From the NCBI GenBank assembly GCA_039811685.1, contig JBDHZC010000002.1, positions 416,001 to 480,000 of the forward strand: a DNA stretch of 64,000 nucleotides, in the 5' to 3' direction. The notes under the pieces are model-generated. The model saw only the letters and a program-made list of their open reading frames with translations, was not told the DNA's origin and ran no database searches. Numbering within the stretch: the stretch's first letter is position 1; each line of letters begins with the position of its first letter. This DNA is from Armatimonadota bacterium (GTDB lineage: Bacteria; Armatimonadota; UBA5829; DSUL01). Shown piece after piece: positions 63,062 to 64,000 of this stretch. A program made the translations under genes and the position numbers.

Positions 63062-64000
63062 ATGGCACTCTCAAGTACCCATAACGAGACCCCTCAAACC
63101 CTGCACGACACGCTCCAGCTTCTGATTATCGCGGGACGCTGGCTGATTGTCATTGCCGCGCTGATGGAAATCGCGGTGCTACTGCTGTTTCATTCCAGCC
63201 ACATGTTCGCGCGCGGTAGTGAGGCTGCGTACGTTTTCACCTTTTTCATCGTCTATAACGTCGCGTCTCTCTACCTTGTGCACAGAGTGAGTTTTCAACG
63301 GCTGCCGATGGTGGTTTTTCTCGCGGTTGATCTCATTTTTGTCGCGTTCGCTTCGTACTATACCGGTGGCGCCAACAGTCCGTTTCTGGAACAGTGTTAT
63401 CTGATAATCTTCGCGGGAGCGCTGTACTACGGGCTCTCCGGCGGCGTACTCACAGCGTTTGCGAGTGTGGCGATGGAGGTCTTTCTCGTCTCGCTCAACC
63501 CGCAGTGGCTATGGCAGGATGTGCGCGAAGTCGTCCCCTATTTTATAGTCGCTGGCTTGCTCACAGGGTACCTGGTGCACCAACTGCGGCACTGGTTCGA
63601 GCGCTATGTTGAGACGGAGGAGATATCCCACGAAAGAGAGCTGGAAGCGCAGATTGCCAGGCGGGAGATGGAGCTTGCGCGGCGCATGCAGCAGGCCATA
63701 CTGCCCTCTGCGCCGCCTGCATTGAAGGGATTTGACATAGCCGCGCGCCTAGACTTCGCTTCAGAGGTGGGGGGCGACTTCTACCTGTTCTTTCCCGGCA
63801 AAGACAGGATGCAGATCGTTATCGGAGATGTCTCAGGCAAGGGCTTCGGCGCAGCGCTCATTTCCACCAGCATCGCCAACATGCTGCCCATCCTGCACCC
63901 ACTGGAGCGCCCGGTGGAGGCTCTGCAGGAGCTAAACCACGATCTGGAAGACCGCCTCCCGACAGACACGTTCGTCACGATGATCATCGCGGAAATTGCC
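63062..64000 (+). CDS. Membrane-anchored SpoIIE/RsbU-type PP2C phosphatase (runs off the window end)
   Basis: Read manually from ATG 63062 with no stop: multi-TM N-terminus, EMELARRMQQAILP, EVGGDFY, IGDVSGKG, FVTM. Absent from the ORF track. Confidence 0.9.
   Translation, partial: MALSSTHNETPQTLHDTLQLLIIAGRWLIVIAALMEIAVLLLFHSSHMFARGSEAAYVFTFFIVYNVASLYLVHRVSFQRLPMVVFLAVDLIFVAFASYYTGGANSPFLEQCYLIIFAGALYYGLSGGVLTAFASVAMEVFLVSLNPQWLWQDVREVVPYFIVAGLLTGYLVHQLRHWFERYVETEEISHERELEAQIARREMELARRMQQAILPSAPPALKGFDIAARLDFASEVGGDFYLFFPGKDRMQIVIGDVSGKGFGAALISTSIANMLPILHPLERPVEALQELNHDLEDRLPTDTFVTMIIAEIA

Noticed and set aside
1..64000. CRISPR arrays, transposases, defence systems
   Set aside because: No regularly spaced repeats or recognisable Cas, transposase or restriction motifs were seen by eye.

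Overview
A GC-rich bacterial chromosomal segment of mostly housekeeping and catabolic genes, with no mobile element, prophage or CRISPR array seen. The gene repertoire and the tandem OB-fold-like modules on secreted proteins suggest Armatimonadota (inference only). Left to right: tRNA-Ser(GGA); a minus-strand flagellar export/regulation operon (fliN-fliO-fliP-fliQ-fliR-flhB-flhA-flhF-small membrane protein-fliA-small acidic ORF-SwrB-like); glyQS; two MFS transporters; smc; an incomplete sugar ABC locus; queA; Tat-exported sugar redox enzymes; an S8 protease; a tandem pair of S41 (CtpA) genes; prsA; a second FliA/WhiG sigma factor with its own SwrB-like partner; DUF2961 and GH4 hydrolases; valS, clpS, rplY, ppa, lemA; and a truncated SpoIIE-type phosphatase missing from the ORF track. 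Three observations stand out. (1) A CtpA paralogue that has lost both catalytic residues overlaps an intact CtpA, suggesting a protease/pseudoprotease pair. (2) Two sigma28 + SwrB-like modules, one behind a near-consensus sigma70 promoter and the other inside an operon headed by a sigma28-type promoter, suggest a two-sigma28 cascade. (3) An unannotated ~70-nt candidate sRNA has an ECF-type promoter, a C-rich anti-Shine-Dalgarno loop and its own terminator. All calls are by eye from motifs; no database searches were run.
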